Positions 60,140 to 64,000 of a stretch of 64,000 nucleotides of DNA are shown here, one piece after another. The stretch's first letter is position 1. Each line of letters opens with the position of its first letter. The notes under the pieces are model-generated. The model was not told where the DNA came from. It searched no databases and saw nothing but the letters and a program-made list of their open reading frames with translations. This DNA comes from Octopus vulgaris (Eukaryota), in the NCBI GenBank assembly GCA_951406725.2, contig OX597814.1, positions 182,094,001 to 182,158,000 of the forward strand. The letters run 5' to 3'. The position numbers were made by a program, and so were the translations under genes.

Positions 60140-62050
60140 CTATTGTTTAACGTCTGTTTTCCATGCTGGCATGGGTTGGACGGTTTGACTGGGGTCTGGG
60201 AAGCCAGGAGGCTGCACCAGGCTCCAGTCTGATCTGACAGTGTTTCTACAGCTGGATGCCCTTCCTTATGCCAACCACTCCGTGAGTGTAGTGGGTGATT
60301 TTTATGTGCCACCGGGACAGGGTCAGAGGGGGCTGGCAACAACCACGATCGGTTGGTGCGTTTTACTTGCCACTGGCACGGAAGCCAGCCAAGGTAGCGC
60401 TGGCATAGGCCACATTTAGATGGTGCTTTTTATGTGCTGTGAAGCATGGCAGTTCGCACACATACATCGTACAATCTACCTTTCACTCTGAGCGAGAGGC
60501 CCTTTGTCACCAGTAGGGGTAGGAGCTTTCTAAACTTTATCCAGGCTATTCTTATTCTAGTGGTAACACTCTCTGAGCAACCACCCCTATCAACTACTTC
60601 TAGTTTCTTCCCCTGGCATGTGATAGAATCTGTTTTCTGAACATCTGTGGTGCTTATTGCCCCTGTACATCTGCTGCATACAAAAGCTATCTTCCCAGTT
60701 AATCTTCCTTTGATGTTTCTGTACCTCTTATGTGTTCATAGCTTACACTGGGTACATCTTATTGAGTTTCTACCTACACCTTTTCTACAGATTGAGCAGG
60801 GCCACCTACCCAAAGGGGTGTGTAATGTATTTGCCTTCCTACTTACTATAACTTTGGTCCCTTTGATTCTAAACCTTACTTCCACACCTGAAATTTCTTT
60901 TCTGGTAGTAATTCTGCTATGAGGGCCAGGTCATCAGCATAGAGGAGTTCCCAGGGGCAACCTGTCTTGAATTCCTCTGTTATTGCCTGGAGGACTATGA
61001 TGAATAAGAGGGGGCTGAGGTGGACCCCTACTTCTACCTGGAATTCTTCACTATACTCATTGCCAGCCCTAACCTTACTAATGTCATCTCTGTATAGGGC
61101 TTGTACAGCCCTTATTAACCATTCGTCAATCCCCAGTTTCCACATTGCCCACCAGATAAGGGATTGGGGGACCCTGCCAAAGGCTTTCTCCAAGTCCACA
61201 AAAGCTAAGTACAGGGGTTTATCTTTGGCTAGGTTTTTCACCTGCAGTTGCCGTACCAAGAATATAGCATCAGTGGTACTTCTACCTGGCACAAAACTGA
61301 ACTACATCTCATCTAAGCAGACTCTCTTCCTAATTATTTGGGCTATGACCCTCTCCGTGGCCATCACCCGATCCAGTAGTTGGATACCCCTGTAGTTATT
61401 TCTATCTAAAGCATCACCTTTACCCTTGTAGCAGTTGACTATGGTGCTGCTATGCCAGTCATTGGGTATGACTCCATCATGAACTACCTGGTTTACAATA
61501 TGGGTGACTAGACCATAGCCCATACCACCAGATGTTTTAAGCATCTCAGCGGTGATTCCTGATGGGCCAGGGGCTTTTCTTGGCTTCATACCCTTAATTG
61601 CTTTATCTACCAGGGTGCTGTCTATTCAGATAGCTGGTCCCTCTACTGGGTCAATATTTTGTAGGTCCACTTGTGGGGCGTAGGCAGAGATAATTGTAGC
61701 TGTACTGTTCTGCAGGACTAGCCTGAGCTTAAGCACTATCGCATACCCTGACAACCTCTATGACCTTATCCACCCATTCTTCCGCAAGGAGTATGCCTAC
61801 ACCCCCTATTCCATCCATGTTACCATGCCAGAAAATTTTATACCTATGTGCCTTGCCTGTGAGGACCCAAGCTGAAGCTCCTCTCCATCTTACTTCTTGT
61901 ATGCAGCATACATCCACACGTCTCCTTTCAAGCATCTCTACAATCTCACTAGACCTACCTTTCAGTGTACCTACATTGACAGTGCCAACTCTGAAAACTG
62001 GGAAAGGAATGTGGGGTGAGTCTTGGGGAGGAGAGAGGTTATTCAGCACC
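60140..62050 (-). mobile_element. RTE LINE, internally deleted (APE N-terminus, RT, 3' tail)
   Basis: RVGTVNVGTLKGRS..CCIQEVRW; KAPGPSGI; FVDLEKAF; LLYADD. Confidence 0.9.
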
Positions 62051-62159
62051 TGAATATATACACTTGATATAAACTGTTAATATTTAAAATATTTATGTAA
62101 ATGGAGAAAAAGATGGAACATCTTAAAGTAGCATTAAATCTATCCAGTTGAGCAACTTG

Positions 62160-62570
62160 TTCAGACCAATGCAACTTTTTCACATCAGATGTTCTGAACT
62201 TCCATAGTTTTCATATCCTCAACCTGATATCCAGTGTCTTCCACAAGTTGATCAATATATATGCTCTTCTCAGTCAGCTGATAACTGTATATCCATGTGT
62301 GAGTTTCCAGAGGAGATAACTGGATATTTCATCCTTCCTTCTCCAGCAATGTCCTGCACAATGTTTTTTATTCTGATAGTCAAAGTGATGGCAAGAAGAC
62401 TGCATTACAATTTCAGATTCGCAGGGTGTTGCCATGAAGAATTCTTGTAAATGTACAGTCAAGCTTCTTTTCAAGTCTTGTTCAGTGCCCATGCTGAAGG
62501 GCAATAAAGATAAACTGACTTAACAACTGCTTTGAAGAAAGCCCTCTTCAGGTTGTCAAGAAGAGGTCTT
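62160..62570 (-). mobile_element. Degraded RTE-group LINE 3' fragment (different family)
   Basis: AGHCWRRKDEISSYLLWKLTHG...YIDQLVEDTG. Confidence 0.65.
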
Positions 62571-62747
62571 AAAAAAATCTTTTTTAAATGAAATTCAAAG
62601 AGCTACTTTACATACAATAAATTCAAATGCTGTTTAGGTGTGGTTTGGTAAGGAATAACTCTTTTTGACATGTGCTATCTTTATTTTCTATGACATGAAT
62701 TTCTAAGTTTGATCAAACTAATCTCCAGTGATATTTTCTCACCTAGA

Positions 62748-63712
62748 TTTTCAGAAAGCTTCTACCACTACTGGTGACAAAAGGCCTCTTGCTCAGAGTG
62801 AAAGGTAGATAGTATGATGCATGTGTGCGAACTGCCATGCTTCATGGCAGTGAAACATGGGTCGTGACTGCTGAAGACATGCATAGGCTCGAAAGAAATT
62901 AAGCTAGCATGATTTGCTGGATGTGTAATGTCAGTGTGCACACACAACAGAGTGTAAACATCCTGAGAGAAATGTTAGACATAAGAAGCATCGGATGTGG
63001 CATGCAAGAGATACGTTTGCATTGGTGTAGTCATGTACTGCAGATGGACGAGGACAGCTGTGTGAAGAAGTGCCATTCCCAAATAGTGAAAGGAATCCAG
63101 GGTAGAGGGAGACCCAGGAAGACATGGGATGAGGTGGTGATGCATGACCTTCGAACGTTGGGCCTCACAGAGGCAATGACAAAAGACAGACCTCTGGAGG
63201 TATGCTGTGACTAAGGCCTGGCAAATAAAGAGAGTCCACAGCTGTAACCTACACCAAGTGTTGCATAACCAGCCCACTCAAAAGTACCTTGGATTGTAGG
63301 GCGACATGCTGTGCTTGAGGAGACCTATTAAGTACATCATTAACAACAGCAAAATCAAATCAAATCAAATCAAATGGAAATTGTAGTTGTGAGCCCGATT
63401 CCAGTAGCACATAAAAAGCATCATCCTAATGTGGCTGATGCCAGTGCCGCTTTGACTGACTTCCATGCTGGTGGCATGTAATAAGCACCATCCGATCATG
63501 GTCGATGCCAGCTCCTCTGGCCCTTGTGCTGGTGGCACGTAAAAAGCACCCACTACACTCATGGAGTGGTTGGAGTTAGGAAGGGCATCCAGCTGTAGAA
63601 ACACTGCCAGATCAGATTGGGGCGGCCTGGTGCAGCCTCCTGGCTTCCCAGATCCCAATCGAACTGTCCAAACCATACCAGCATGGAAAATGGATGTTAA
63701 ACAATGATGATG
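62748..63712 (+). mobile_element. RTE LINE 3' fragment with complete 3' UTR/tail
   Basis: [24 protein letters not shown], then family-B tail and (GAT)n. Confidence 0.9.
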
Positions 63713-64000
63713 TGGTCATTCCTATCCCATGTTCACATCAATATTCTTTCATCCAGTGTACTTTATTGTAGTCCCTACCTTGTTCATGCTTTTATTCTAA
63801 CAAGTAACTTGTCACTATTTAACTAAACATTAACCACATTAATTTAATAGCTATGCATATATTTGCCAAACTGGGTGGATTTAATAAAACTAATCTGAAA
63901 ACAGTGTCTATAAAAAGCCTTCTTAGCTAAATTAAATTCAGTTTGTTTAAGTTCACAACGCATATCCATTAGATGACTGCTCAGATCTCAATAGCATCAT

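Overview
AT-rich eukaryotic genomic DNA, most likely an octopus (cephalopod-type mitochondrial 16S fragment, octopus-type SINE/RTE repeat landscape). The window holds two convergent, multi-exon protein-coding genes, both lacking their 5' exons here. On the + strand are the last 6 coding exons of TCAIM (7967-22245), including one GC-AG intron. On the - strand are 22 coding exons of TRPC4AP (53460 down to the stop at 27722). All exon phases are mutually consistent. The introns are packed with mobile elements: three tRNA-headed SINE families, many RTE LINE fragments and their isolated 3' tails, CR1 and R4-like fragments, a Tigger/pogo fossil, piggyBac/hAT/Tc1 MITEs, Helitron derivatives and Penelope-like remnants. 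Most notable: a hAT-type inverted-repeat element enclosing a mitochondrial 16S rRNA fragment (8264-8840), a 604-bp fold-back element with a telomeric-repeat loop (10640-11243), and hammerhead-ribozyme motifs (51409-51539; a variant at 824-860). Family and gene names come from recalled motif similarity, not database searches. Most ORFs in the supplied track are spurious repeat ORFs.
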